The notes under the pieces are model-generated. The model was not told the DNA's origin, made no database searches, and saw nothing but the letters and a program-made list of their open reading frames with translations. Below are positions 24,861 to 37,466 of a DNA stretch of 64,000 nucleotides, one piece after another (the stretch's first letter is position 1; the number at the start of each line of letters is the position of its first letter). The stretch comes from Octopus sinensis (lineage: Eukaryota), in assembly GCF_006345805.1 (NCBI RefSeq), contig NC_043019.1, forward strand, positions 12,461,360 to 12,525,359, written 5' to 3'. The position numbers were made by a program, and so were the translations under genes.

Positions 24861-27800
24861 TCAGTTGTTATGGCCGAGAGGACTATCGCTCTTTATCACT
24901 GCCTCATCTTCGTCGTTGGCCTTTAAGACGGGTGGCAACTTCGGAGTCCCCGACGACTGCGGCCGCGTCTCCAGTTCTTGACGCAAGCGTTTGATCTCGT
25001 CTCTTTGAATTTCCAGCATCCGCTTGCATTCCATCAATTCGCTGTGCTGAATGGCGCTGGGAGATTTATTAGCCATGGCAGCCAGCAGTTCGACTGGGTC
25101 CTTCCTCCAATCGTTCATGCTTGCGCTTCTCTTAAATGACTTGCTGTGCATACCGAGGGCCGCTTCAAGATCGTGTATATTGGTGCGGCACGACTTCAGT
25201 TCCAGTTGTAGATCGTTTATGTCTTTGATAAGATGCACATTCTCTTGCATGATCTTGACATTCTCCTTTCGGTGTATTCTGGAATCAGTCACAAGTTTTC
25301 TCTTCAGAGAAGTCACCGTATGATTTAAATGCTCTCGTTGGCGATGTTCTTCCTTTTGTATGTCAGCGTCCACACTGACCGTTTCCGTGATGTCGTCCTG
25401 TACATATTTCCGGTACAAACACTTGATGCTTTCTTTAAGACACTTCGGTTCCTGAATATAAATGACGCAGCGATGTAAATCCGTTTTGAAACGCATCACC
25501 AGAGCTTCGGTATCTTTTACCAATTGTCCCTTTTGATACAGAGCCTTTGATGTAGCGTTGTGTTTCTGCTTCAAGTCGGTTATCTTCAACTCCAAACTGA
25601 TGTTAGACTTTCGAGATTGTTCCAATTCACTCTCCATCTCTTGGATTTGAGAGCACATTCGTTTAATTTCGTCCTCTCGAGGTTCGATTTGCTTTTTCAA
25701 TTCTTTTATCTTATAATCCAGAACGAATTTGAATTTTTCCAGTTCCTGGTTCTTCTTCTTCAGGTCATAAATACGTTTCTCTTTGTCTTGTATAGTTTCG
25801 TCTCTCTCCAAGATCTCTTTTTTTAAACCTAAAATGTCTTTCTCTAAATTACGAATAACCGTATTCAACTTATTGATTTCGTCTTGATATTTGCGACTGG
25901 CTTCTTTGTGTTCATCGATGTCCTTCTGCAACGTGGAAAACTTCTGTTTCAGAATTCCGCTCTCGCTTTTCAACTTTACGTTAGAATCCTTTTCCCGGCG
26001 CAACTCCCTTCCAAATCTGTTTTTATGTTCAAGATTTCAATATCTGCATCTTCTTCCATCATTTTCCTCGTGAGTTCTTCCTCTTTCTGTCTACGGCGAT
26101 TTTCCTCCTGGGACTGATGCAGTTTCGAAACCATTTCAAGACGTTTACTTTCAAATTTTTCTTCCATTTCATTTAAAGCATTTTTCTTCGATTCGTCCAT
26201 TTCTTGCAAGCGGTGTTCATTTTCCTCTTGCATTTTCATCAGTTTAGTTTGGAGTTCTTGGTACTTTTCATATTCCAGCATTAATTTTTGGTTATTTGCA
26301 GACTCCAAATCTTGAAGCTCTTTGGCGTGTTTTTGCATAATTTCTGTTAATTGTTCTTCGTGTTTCGCTTCCTGCTTATCTCGCTCAGTTTTCAGAACCT
26401 GGTTTTTAGTTTTCAGCGATTCCATTTCCTGAATGAACTTATCGGTGAGTTCTTTGATTTTCTCATTGTAATTCATGTCTTTTAATCTTAGTTGATATTC
26501 ATTTTCCATTCCCAATTCGTTTACTCTGGTTCTCAATTCTGACATGATAGCATTTTTCTCTTCCAGATCACTTTTTGTTATAAGAATCTCGTCCGCGTAA
26601 ACACATCGCAGGGAATCCTTATCACGCTTGATGCCACGGCTGTCTTTATCTTGGATTTGCCAAACCATTACAGTGGAATCTTCCGACACACTGACAAGAT
26701 ATTGGTCATCGAAAGTGACTCTCATTCTCGTTATTTTACTCCTGTGGCCTTTATACTCTTGCCATTCTCCACTCGACCCAAGCGGAAACTTCAGACTCCA
26801 TAAACAACCATTGCTGGTTCCGGCAAACAGCATTCGACCAGTGTGTGAAAGAGAGACACTGGTCAAAGTCACGTCGCCTGCTTCGACTTGGTGAAAAACC
26901 TGCGAATCGCTTATTTCTTTTAATTTATTATCGTTGCCGACTGCGTAGACGGTTTTACCATCAGGCGATATCGTCACAGTGCTATAAACGCATGTTTTCA
27001 GAATATTCTCACCGACTCGTTTTCCTGTAAGAGGTTCCCATTCATACACAGCTCCGTCTCCCCCGCACGAAACTAATTTGCTGTCATCGGGGCTCCAAAC
27101 AACGGAATTAACTAGTTTATTGTGACCTTTAAGGTTGATAATGAGTTCAAATGTCACGGTCGAATAAATCTGGACTACATTACCGTTGACAGCCGCGAAA
27201 AGATGTCCGCCATTGCTAAAAGCACATTCGCGGCAGTTCTTACATGGAAACTCTTGAAATTGTTTGATGTCGTCAATAAGAATATTCATGAGTTTAAGTT
27301 TATCAGTGAAACCCACCAAGATATACAGACCAGATGGATGAAGGGCAACGCTGCATATCTCTTCTGAAAACTCCTTGAATAATTCCTGCGAGCAAGTTTC
27401 GAAGTTCCAAATACGGATGCTGCGATCGAGTGAAGATGTGACGACAATTGGTTTGCGTGCACAAATATCAAGACCAGTGACAACATTAGAGTGGAAACTT
27501 TGAGCTAGAAGCTCGAAATTCAGTAACCTTTGACCCCCGGGCCTTAGATCAGTCGATGATAAAGCGATGCTGTAAATCTGGTTGGTGTTACTGCTAACCA
27601 CTAAGGTTTCTTCTGATGGGCTGATCGTCATACATGTTATTATTTGCTTGTAGGTACTACTGTTAGGTAAAGTAACACTATTATCTACAGGAATTAGCAC
27701 TTCTCGGGTCTTTTTGTAAAGTTCTTTTTCTTCTGAACGTTCGAACAAATGAACGGTGCCCACACCACATGCACAAGCGAACCCTTTTGAATAGGCCACG

Positions 27801-28627
27801 ATAGCCGACACCTCTGTTGACTGGTCTTTGAATTCGTCTTTAGTAATGTAACGAACTAATTCTTTCGATTGGGAATCTTTAGATCTTGATTCTAAAAATG
27901 CGTCACTGAGCGGGTTGAATTCTGCTTTGGACTCGCCCGATTCAATCACGAGAACCTTCCCTTTATCAGTACCGACAAGTAAACGTTCGTCCGATATCCA
28001 TGTGAAACAGGTGAAATTTTGGGACTCGATTTTAGGGAAATTAAACGGCTTCAGATTACCTTCTGAGTAGCGGAAACTCCTCAATACGCCGTTACCAATC
28101 ACGCCGATATGGGTATTATCTTGTGGATTAAAACACACTTGATAAATAATAGGTTTGGATTGAGGGTTAACTGTACGTATAAAGGTCAAAAGTTTTGATT
28201 TTTCCCATGCCCAGTATTGTAAAACCCAATCGGGACCACCCGTATGAGCGGCGAGATATTTAGAATCAGGTGAAAAAGCGAGGCTTTTATATTCCGTGGC
28301 CTGGACAATTTGGTCGCTTGAAGTAGCCATTAAAGTTTTTCTTTTTCTGTTAGCATGGATGTCATGAATCGATAAAATAGGTCCTTTGTCATCCCCTACT
28401 TCGGCAATGGCTATATATCTTCGGTTGGAACTGATGACAAAAGAAGAGATTCCAAGACCCGTTTCTGATGCGACAATACATTTCTGCGATTTCTGGTCGA
28501 TATTATATACCACGTAGAATGAGCCACAGGTATAAAGAACTTTTTGTTCATCTTGGTAACATAGGTTCCCAGCAACATCCGAATTCAAGCCGAAAATATG
28601 CTTTACAGAGGCTGTCGCGATAACCAT
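24861..28627 (-). CDS. CFAP57: Cilia- and flagella-associated protein 57 (WD40 repeats plus long C-terminal coiled coil); single coding exon with one frameshift near 26020-26024
   Basis: ORF 28627-25976 starts MVIATASVKHIFGLNSDVAGNLCYQDEQ and has WD40 motifs (LAFSPDSKYLA, VALHPSGLYILVGFTDKLKLMNILIDD, CAFSNGGHLFAAV). It continues in another frame as ORF 26003-24861 (EKRIYDLKKKNQELEKFKFVLDYKIKELKKQIEPRE, a CFAP57 hallmark). Adding one base gives 1255 aa, about the size of vertebrate CFAP57. Confidence 0.93.
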
Positions 28628-28631
28628 CTTT

Positions 28632-29500
28632 CTAGATATAATATAATATCATAGGCAGTAATTATTGATACATATATATATAGTCATATAAAAATAACGA
28701 AATTTATCTTCTATATTTGAACCGGATATGAATGATGTATCTCTCGAGGCACCAGGTTAAGGCGGCGAGCTGGCAGAAACGTTAGCACACCGGGCAAAAT
28801 GCTGAGCGGTATTTCGTCTGCCGTTACGTTCTGAGTTCAAATTCCGCCGAGGTCGACTTTGCCTTTCATTCTTTCGGGGTCGATAAATTAAGTACGAGTT
28901 ACGCACAGGGGTCGATGTAATCGGCTTAATCTGTTTGTCTGTTTTTGATTGTCCTCTCTGTATTTAGCTCCTTGTGGGCAGTAAAGAAATAGGTTATTGG
29001 AGAGATGATACTTTTACCTCGAAGGCATCAGACATTTCGTATTTCTGTTCAATATATTGTAAAACTAGACTTCATGCTCTTAACATCATAAAACATACAT
29101 TAGTCAGTTTGATGCTATAATACTTTCTTTTATTCTTGTCGCGGTTTTCGAATATTCTCCCAACGTTAGGATCAAAACAAACCGACAAACTGCTTAAACC
29201 ACCGAGGTGTCGCAACTAATTCTTTGGCCGTGAGTTTATATCGAGTGACAATCGTTTCGCTGTATCAGAAATACAAAACCGAGCGGCTTCTATTTTTTTT
29301 AACTAAGCAAGCTGACAGCAACAGCAACAAATATCAGGCTTTTAACAAAATATTAGCGTTAATAAACTTGTTTTTAACCAAGATACAACGACTTGTTTTG
29401 GCCAATTTTCTCTTCTTTATAAACCAACAGTAAAAGTAAACGGAACATGGCAACGGTTTGTTAACTTCATATATTATCTTTAAATAGCAAGCTTACTTAC
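28632..29500 (-). other. Candidate 5'UTR intron of CFAP57
   Basis: Minus-strand donor AAA|GTAAGT at 29500-29495 and acceptor TAG|AAAGATG at 28634-28632; a SINE lies inside. Confidence 0.4.
28758..28992 (+). mobile_element. Deu/Nin-like SINE upstream of the CFAP57 ATG
   Basis: Matches the family at 261-863. Confidence 0.8.
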
Positions 29501-29744
29501 TTTAACGATGCTAATTTTTCTATTTCGGCTTCGATGAATTTAGTTGCTTTTCTAAATCTCTTAACCAATTTGGACAGTGAAATTCCGTAAACGTTTTTTT
29601 TGGTTCTTTTTTTGTCGTATGTGACCAGTGATTCTGTGATTTTTTTTTCTTTCTTTCTTAGATTTTAATTTTCAAAGGAAATAGAAAAATTAAAACGTTG
29701 TTATTTTGTTTTATGTCGCACCTGTTGCTATTTATTCCAACATC

Positions 29745-29759
29745 GTTTCCCTTAGCAAC
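29745..29759. promoter_or_regulatory. RFX X-box-like motif upstream of CFAP57
   Basis: GTTTCCCTTAGCAAC, with additional half-sites GTTGCTA (~29724) and CATGGCAAC (~29446), about 1.1 kb upstream of the ATG of a ciliary gene. Confidence 0.55.
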
Positions 29760-29860
29760 GCCGTAATTGTGATAAAACGAAGACAGTCAGAGTTATCTAC
29801 CTTCAGCTTACAAGATAATCACCGTTTTAGACGTTTTTGCTTGGGTTTGCTTTGCTTCGA

Positions 29861-29934
<74 letters not shown>

Positions 29935-30000
29935 CACACACAACACACACACACACACGCACACACACACACACACCACACACACAAATACATAAATACA

Positions 30001-30228
30001 CAGGGAAGTGCAAAAGTAGGTATACTGTAAATATCACCTCGATATTATAATACTTAATTCATTAAAATAATTAGCACATTGAATTAGCCTCATGTTCGAT
30101 ATTTTCAGCGTCATTATTCATAATACTTTTATCGTAACTTTTATTATTTTTTGTTTTTGATAAAAATATATGAGTATTGTACATATTTTCTTTTTTCGTA
30201 ACTGTATACCTTCCTTTGTACCACTCTG
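30001..30228. mobile_element. Tc1-type MITE
   Basis: Imperfect TIRs CAGGGAAGTGCAAAAGTAGGTATAC / GTATACCTTCCTTTGTACCACTCTG, followed by TA. Confidence 0.55.
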
Positions 30229-30272
30229 TATACATACATGCATACATACATGCATACATGCATGCATACATA

Positions 30273-30315
<43 letters not shown>

Positions 30316-30334
30316 TATATATAGATATATATAG

Positions 30335-30377
<43 letters not shown>

Positions 30378-30520
30378 AAGAGACATATACATACATGCAT
30401 ACATACATACATGCATACATACATACATATATACATACATACGTACATACATACATGCATACGTACGTACGTACGTAAATACATACATACATACATACAA
30501 CATACACATTATATATATAT

Positions 30521-30599
<79 letters not shown>

Positions 30600-30631
30600 T
30601 AGATAGATATATAGATAGATAGATTGATAGA

Positions 30632-30662
<31 letters not shown>

Positions 30663-31099
30663 GTCCGTGTGCATCTGTGTGTGTGTGCGTGTGTATGAAA
30701 GAGAGTGATAGAGGGAAACAGAGAGAAAGAGAGAAGGAAAGAGCCAATAGGGCGGGAGAGAGGGAGGGTGAAGGAGAGAGAGAAAGAGATGGAGATGGAG
30801 ATGAGATGAGATCAGGTTTCTGGTAACTTTATTGACAAAATCTGCGTGCTTGTCATGTTATTTTCGTGGGAAAAAATATAAACGATTGACCAATAAATAA
30901 ATAAATACATATAAAATAAAATAAAATAAACAATAAAGAAGTAGTATTCCGGTAAAAAAAAAACCCTTCAATAAAAGAGATTTTTCCCCCTTCTTGGGTT
31001 ACTTAGAAATAAAAGGTTAGCAACCTTGACCTTTGCAGAACATCCGAGACTCAGGCTGGGAAAAATACTGCGTTATAAGAGGAGTTGATATCGGTTTCA

Positions 31100-31890
31100 A
31101 ATTTTGGCACAAGGCCAGCAATGTTGGAGGAGGGGTAAGTCGATTACATCGACCCCAGTGCGTAACTGGTACTTAATTTATCGACCCCAAAAAGGATGAC
31201 AGGTAAAGTCGATCTTGGCGGAATTTGAACTCAGAACGTAATGAGTTGAAAGACATGTCGTTAAGGGTTTTGCCCGGCATGATAACGATTCTGCCATCTC
31301 GCAGCTTTAGTGTCGTTAATATTACACAGTTTTGTAAGGCGGCGAGCTGGCAGAATCGTTAGCACGGTGGGCGAAATGCTTTGTGGTATTTCGTCCGCCG
31401 CTGCCTTCTGAGTTCAAATTCCACCGAGGTCGACTTTGTCTTTCATCCTTTCGGGGTCGATTAAATAAGTACCAGTTACACACTGGGGTCGATATAATCG
31501 ACTCAATCCGTTTGTCTGTCCTTGTTTGTCCTCTCTGTGTTTAACCCTTTGTGGGTAGTAAAAAAATAGGTATTTCGTCTGCCGCTACGTTCTGAGTTCA
31601 AATTCCGCCGTGGTCGACTTCGCCTTTCATCCTTTCGGGGTCGATTAAATAAGTACCAATTACGCACTGGGGTCGATGTAATTGACTTAATCCCTTTGTC
31701 TGTCCTTGTTTGTCTCTTCTATGTTTAGCCCCTTGTGGGCAATCAAGAAATAAATTCCACCGAAGATGACTTTGCCTTTCAGCCTTTCGGGATCAATAAA
31801 TTGAGTACCAGTTGAGTACTGGGGGTTAATGTAATCGACTACCCCCCTCCCCTAAATTTCAGGCCTTGTGCCTACAGTAGAAAGGATTAT
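31100..31890. mobile_element. SINE cluster: one minus copy followed by three plus copies (Deu/Nin-like family)
   Basis: Repeated GTCGAC/CCTTTCGGGG/GTACCAG blocks. Confidence 0.7.
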
Positions 31891-32477
31891 GCACGATTTG
31901 ATAGTGTAAGGCGTTGTTTAGTATACCTACTTAAGCCCTTCGCTTCCTATGGAGCAAATGTACGTCATAGCAAAATCTAACTGTTCTAAACGGGTAAATA
32001 CAAAATTCAATGTATAAAGTGAATGGAGAGCTGCTCACCGATGATGCCATACGTATTGCCAATTTGCGTAATTAATTAGAAAATGTAAATGAGTGTAGTT
32101 TCCTAATTTTTTGACTGATTTTGTAGATTCCTAATTTAAAATGTTGCTGTTGATCTGGAAACATCATAATCAATATGGCGTTGTGTCGTATTGCGCCCTC
32201 CTTGCCTGTATTACTAATCTCAGTAAGTAACCTTTTTCAACCATGAAGAATTTGTAGCAGATTTTTGTAGAGTTTTAAAGTTAAACAATAGGCGTAGGAG
32301 TGGCTGTGTGGTAAGCATTCAATTGTCAAACATTCATAATTGGAATGAATAAATAAAATTGAATATTAAGTATTTATGGAATTTTTATTTACTGTCAGGT
32401 GACTTTTGGCTAACCCTGTATATATCTTTTACTCGTTCCAGTTATTAGACTGCGGCCATGCTGGGGCACCACATTGA

Positions 32478-32513
<36 letters not shown>

Positions 32514-33139
32514 CTCCACCACGTGACAATCAGTAATGATTTGTTTACATCCTCGTAACTTTGCAATTCAGCAATGAATATCAATAGAAGGAGTGGCTGT
32601 GTGGTAAGTAGCTTGCTTACCAGCCACATGGTTCTGAGTTCAGGCCCGCTGCGTGGCACCTTAGGCAAGTGTCTTCTACTATAGCCTCGGGCTGACCAAA
32701 GCCTTGTGAGCGGATTTGGTAGATGGGTACATGCAGTATTACTAATCTCAGTCTGAGCATAGGTACCTAATGCTAGCTCCGTGTAGAGATGGTGCTCAAT
32801 TGATCAATAAGGATGGTGTGATGGGGGCAATGTGGTGCTTATAGTAAACCTGCCATGCTGTACTCACAGAGTGACATACGCCATTCTATGCCTGACTGGC
32901 TGTACAGTTGTAGTACACAGTATGTGGGTTTTCAAGATGAGCTCTGATTGACTTCATTACTGGGGTCCGGAACTCTCGTGGGAAAAAAATTACGCGTCCC
33001 GGCATGGCTGTAGTCATGTGATTGGAACAAGTGAAAAATAAAAGAAACAGCACACGATCACATACATAACTTGTGACGTCACGTAACTTAACGAGAGAAT
33101 ATATTTGTGAACTTAGAATAACCGAATACATAAGGCACT

Positions 33140-33226
<87 letters not shown>

Positions 33227-33571
33227 TAACAATAGGAATTCAAACTCCAGGTGTCAATTTATAAAACTTTCAGTAAGGGAGAGAACTCTAGCATGACTCG
33301 TTCGCTTGAAAGATGCGTTAAGGCGGACTGAAAAAGACAAAGAGATGGTAAGATTGATTATTCTCTCTCTCTCTCTCTTTCTTTCTTTCTCTCTCTCACT
33401 CTCTCTCTAACCATATCTATTATTCACTGTGCTTGACTGTCTATATGTCTTTCTCTCTATCTATCAATATCTCTCGTTCTCTCACTCTCTTTCACTCTAT
33501 TTCTCTGTCAAATTATTTATCTATATCTCATTCACTCTCTCTCTCATTCATTTACTTTCTCTTTCTCTTCC

Positions 33572-33638
<67 letters not shown>

Positions 33639-34340
33639 GTCTGTCTGTCTGTCTGTCTATCTGTCTGTCTGCTGTCTGTCGGTTAATCTATCTACCATTC
33701 TCTCTCTCTGTATCTCTTTACCCGTCTCACTGTCTCTACATTAACATCTTGCATTCATTCTCCCTCTCTCTCTCACACATTCCCCGGACCTTTTCTTTTT
33801 CGCTCACAGTTCTTTTGTTCTGTTTTAAAATTTAGAATATTGATGTAGTTTTTTAATGCTAATTATGGAAATGAATTACATTTTTGCCATGAATTAATCC
33901 TTGCAGTTTCTCTTTCTCTCTCTCTTCCTCACACATTTATTCTCTCTCTCCCTCCCTTACATCTCTCTTTCTGTTCTATCTCCCCCTTGCTCTTCCCGGT
34001 GAAAAGCTTTGCTCGAAGCAACACTGTTCTCGCTCACCCGTTATATCACATACACACATTCACTGTATAGAAACGTTATCGAAGTTTATGAACAAAAGAC
34101 CTAACCTGGAACACCCCAGAGAATAAAAGAAAGGAGAAAATAGTTGCTTATGAACACCTGACATGGAGTTATTGAGGCAAAAATATAACGTGATGCAGAA
34201 ATGAAAACGTCGGACAAACGTTCTTTCAGGATAAAAACTATAATAATGTGCAGTTGTCTCCCTTGAATCCTTGGCTACAGAAAGAAGTTCGATAACTCAG
34301 TGGTTCTTGAAAATAGTTCTATCTTTTGATTGCTTCATGT

Positions 34341-34590
34341 GGAGGCGCGTGGTTTAGCGGTTAGGGTGTCAGCACCATGATCGTAAGATTGTGGTTTCGA
34401 TTCCTGGACCGGGCGACGCGTTGTGTTCTTGAGCAAAACACTTCATTTCACATTGCTGGCATTTCACTCAGCTGGCAAAAATGAGTAACACTGCGATGGA
34501 CTGGCGTCCCGTCCAGCTGGGGAACACATACGCCATTGAAACTGGGAAACCGGGCCCATGAGCCTAGTTAGGCTTTAAAAAGGGCGAATT
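34341..34590 (+). mobile_element. tRNA-derived SINE (family with TTGTGTTCTTGAGCAAAACACTTCATTTCAC)
   Basis: A and B boxes; an inverted partner lies at 35293-35542. Confidence 0.75.
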
Positions 34591-35292
34591 CATTTATTAT
34601 TAGTTTTTTGATTGCTTCAGTCATAAGACCGCGACCATGTGGGGGCACTGTATTGAAGAACTTTTAATCTGTTTCTTTACTACCCACAAGGGGCTAAACA
34701 CAGAGGGGGACAAACAAGGACAGACAAACGGATTAAGTCGATTACATCGACCCCAGTGCCTAACTGGTACTTATTTAATCGACCCCGAAAGGATGAAAGG
34801 CAAAGTCGACCACAGTGGAATTTGAACTCAGAACGTAGCGGCAGACGAAATACCGCTCAGCATTTCCCCCGGCGTGCTAACGGTTCTGCCAGCTCGCCGC
34901 CCTATACTTTTAATCGAATGAATCGATCCCAGTACTTTTATTTATTTATTTATTTTTAGCCTGGCCCTTATAGTCTATCGGTCTCTTGCCGAACCGCTAT
35001 GTAACGGAGACATAAACACACCAATCCTGATTGTCAAGCAGTGGAGGACACGACCCACCCCTCACACACATTTAGAGGAATCTATGTCATTTGTCTCAGC
35101 AAGCTTGTTTCTTTTCACCTTTATTCAGTTTTCTTACGTAATACGCTTATGTTGTGTTCAGCAAAAAGGTATCCTTCTGAACTTATGTGCATAAATGTAA
35201 TTCTTTTCCCTAATGAATTGCATTTCAATTTTGAGGCTCTGATGAAGCTATAAGGTGTTGCTGAACTTATAGTGTCGAGTAATAATAAAATA

Positions 35293-35542
35293 AATGCACC
35301 CTTTTAAAGCCTGGTCAGGCTCATGGGCCCGGTTTCCTGGTTTCTATGGCGTATGTGTTCCCCAGCTGGACGGGACGCCAGTCTATCGCAGCGTTACTCA
35401 TTTTTGCCAGCTGAGTGGACTGGAGCAATGTGAAATGAAGTGTTTAGCTCAAGAACACAACGTGTCGCCCGGTCCAGGAATCGAAACCACAATCTTACGA
35501 TCACGGTACTGACACCCTAACCACTAAGCTACGCGCCTCCAC
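35293..35542 (-). mobile_element. Inverted copy of the 34341-34590 SINE family
   Basis: Reverse-complement similarity over about 250 bp. Confidence 0.75.
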
Positions 35543-35622
35543 ATTGTGTTGAATAGCACTCATTAATTACAAGTAACGATTTAAATTCCTTGTCCTATTT
35601 ATATATTAATATTAATCAAATT

Positions 35623-36016
35623 TGTGGAGGCGCAATGGCCCAGTGGTTAGGGCAGCGGACTCGCGGTCGTAGGATTGCGGTTTCGATTCCCAGACCGGGC
35701 GTTGTGTGTGTTTATTGAGCAAAAACACCTAAAAGCTCCACGAGGCTCCGACAGGGGGTGGTGGTGATCCCTGCTGTACTCTTTCACCACAACTTTCTCT
35801 CACTCTTACTTCCTGTTTATGTTGTACCTGTATTTCAAAGGGCCGGCCTTGTCACTCTCTGTGTCACGCTGAATATCCCCGAGAACTACGTTAAGGGTAT
35901 ACACGTGTCTGTGGAGTGCTCAGCCACTTACACGTTAATTTCACGAGCAGGCTGTTCCGTTGATTCGGATCAACCCGAACCCTCGTCGTCGTAACCGATG
36001 GAGTGCTTCCAACCAA
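35623..36016 (+). mobile_element. Full-length tRNA-derived SINE (same family)
   Basis: 12-bp TSD ATTAATCAAATT. Confidence 0.85.
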
Positions 36017-36525
36017 ATTAATCAAATTATATTTTTAACAGATTGAGCAACTCTGCAGAGGTTCCCTGCTTTGTTTAGTCGAACTTGTTGATCCCATTTC
36101 TTATTTTCAAGTCTGCCAATAGTCCCAGACTGACCAATACTTTGTGAATGAATTTGATAGATGGAAACTGTGGAAACTGTCGTTTATATATATACACGCA
36201 CACACACTCACACACACACTCACACATACACTCACACACACACTCACACACTCACACACACACACTCACACAAATAATCTTACAGTCACAAAAGACAATA
36301 CTGCACGTACACAAACAGACACACACACACACAAAGACACAAACACACTCACACACAGACATACACTCACACATACACACACACACACACACTCACACAA
36401 ATAATCTTACAGTCACAAAAGACAATACTGCACGTACACAAACAGACACACACACACACAAAGACACAAACACACACACACACACACACTCACTCACACA
36501 CACACTCACATACACACACACTCAC

Positions 36526-36586
<61 letters not shown>

Positions 36587-36677
36587 CGTAGAAGGTTGAA
36601 AAGGAACACATGAGTTGATATGTGCAAGGAAAATAAGACGAGGTAGAAAATGCTAAAATAATTTTATCATGAAGAAC

Positions 36678-36722
36678 ATTTTAGTACCGGTTTCAGCCTT
36701 TGTGACTTTTTCAACTTAGAAT
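36678..36722 (-). ncRNA. Minimal type-I hammerhead motif with U3-A8 core variant
   Basis: ATTCTAAG-TTGAAAA-AGTC(ACAAA)GGCT-GAAA-CCGGT-A-CTAAAAT; palindromic stem III ACCGGT; stem I imperfect. Confidence 0.5.
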
Positions 36723-37138
36723 AAAGCATGATAAACAAATTGTGGAAAAATTAAATGAGTTCTTCTTCTTCTTCTTCTTAACAATATTGTTATTGTTTTT
36801 GTCGAATAATTTTGTTGGAAAAAAGCCGCACCAACCCAACAGTACTGGTTTTTTGTTGAAAAAAAGAGAAAAAAAAACAACAAAAAACGGTAATTTTAAC
36901 TCACAGTATTCAATTATGAAACATTCATAATTGGAATGAATGAATAAAATTGAATATTAAGTATTTATGGAATTTTTATTTACCGTCGCGTGACTTTTGG
37001 CTAACCCTGTATATATCTTTTACTCGTTCCAGTTATTAGACTGCGGCCATGCTGGGGCACCACCTTGAATGTGTGTGTGTGTGTGTGTGTATGTGTGTGT
37101 GTGTGTGTGTGTATGTGTGTGTGTGTGTGTATGTGTGT

Positions 37139-37181
<43 letters not shown>

Positions 37182-37466
37182 CTCCACCACGTGACAATCA
37201 GTAATGATTTGTTTACATCCTCGTAACTTAGCAGTTCAGCAATGAATATCAATAGAATAGGTATCAGGTTTTAAAAATAAGTACTGGAGTCGATTTGCTG
37301 GAAAGACTTCAGCCCATTCCCCCACCATTTCTCCCAAATTTGTTTATTGAAAATTTTTTTTGCCAAAAACCCCATTTTCGGATACGAAGATTCCACCCAC
37401 AAATTTGGCAAAAATTGGCATTGTTACATCCCCAACCCCAATTCTTCAATTTTGACTTTTTTCCCA

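Noticed and set aside
26004-26036. Canonical programmed -1 ribosomal frameshift in CFAP57
   Set aside because: No X XXY YYZ heptamer in the zero frame (A AAA ACA only); a homopolymer under-call is more parsimonious.
25051-27486. Short opposite-strand or alternative-frame ORFs inside CFAP57 (and 44197-45870 inside SNX19)
   Set aside because: Expected shadows of long coding regions; no independent signals.
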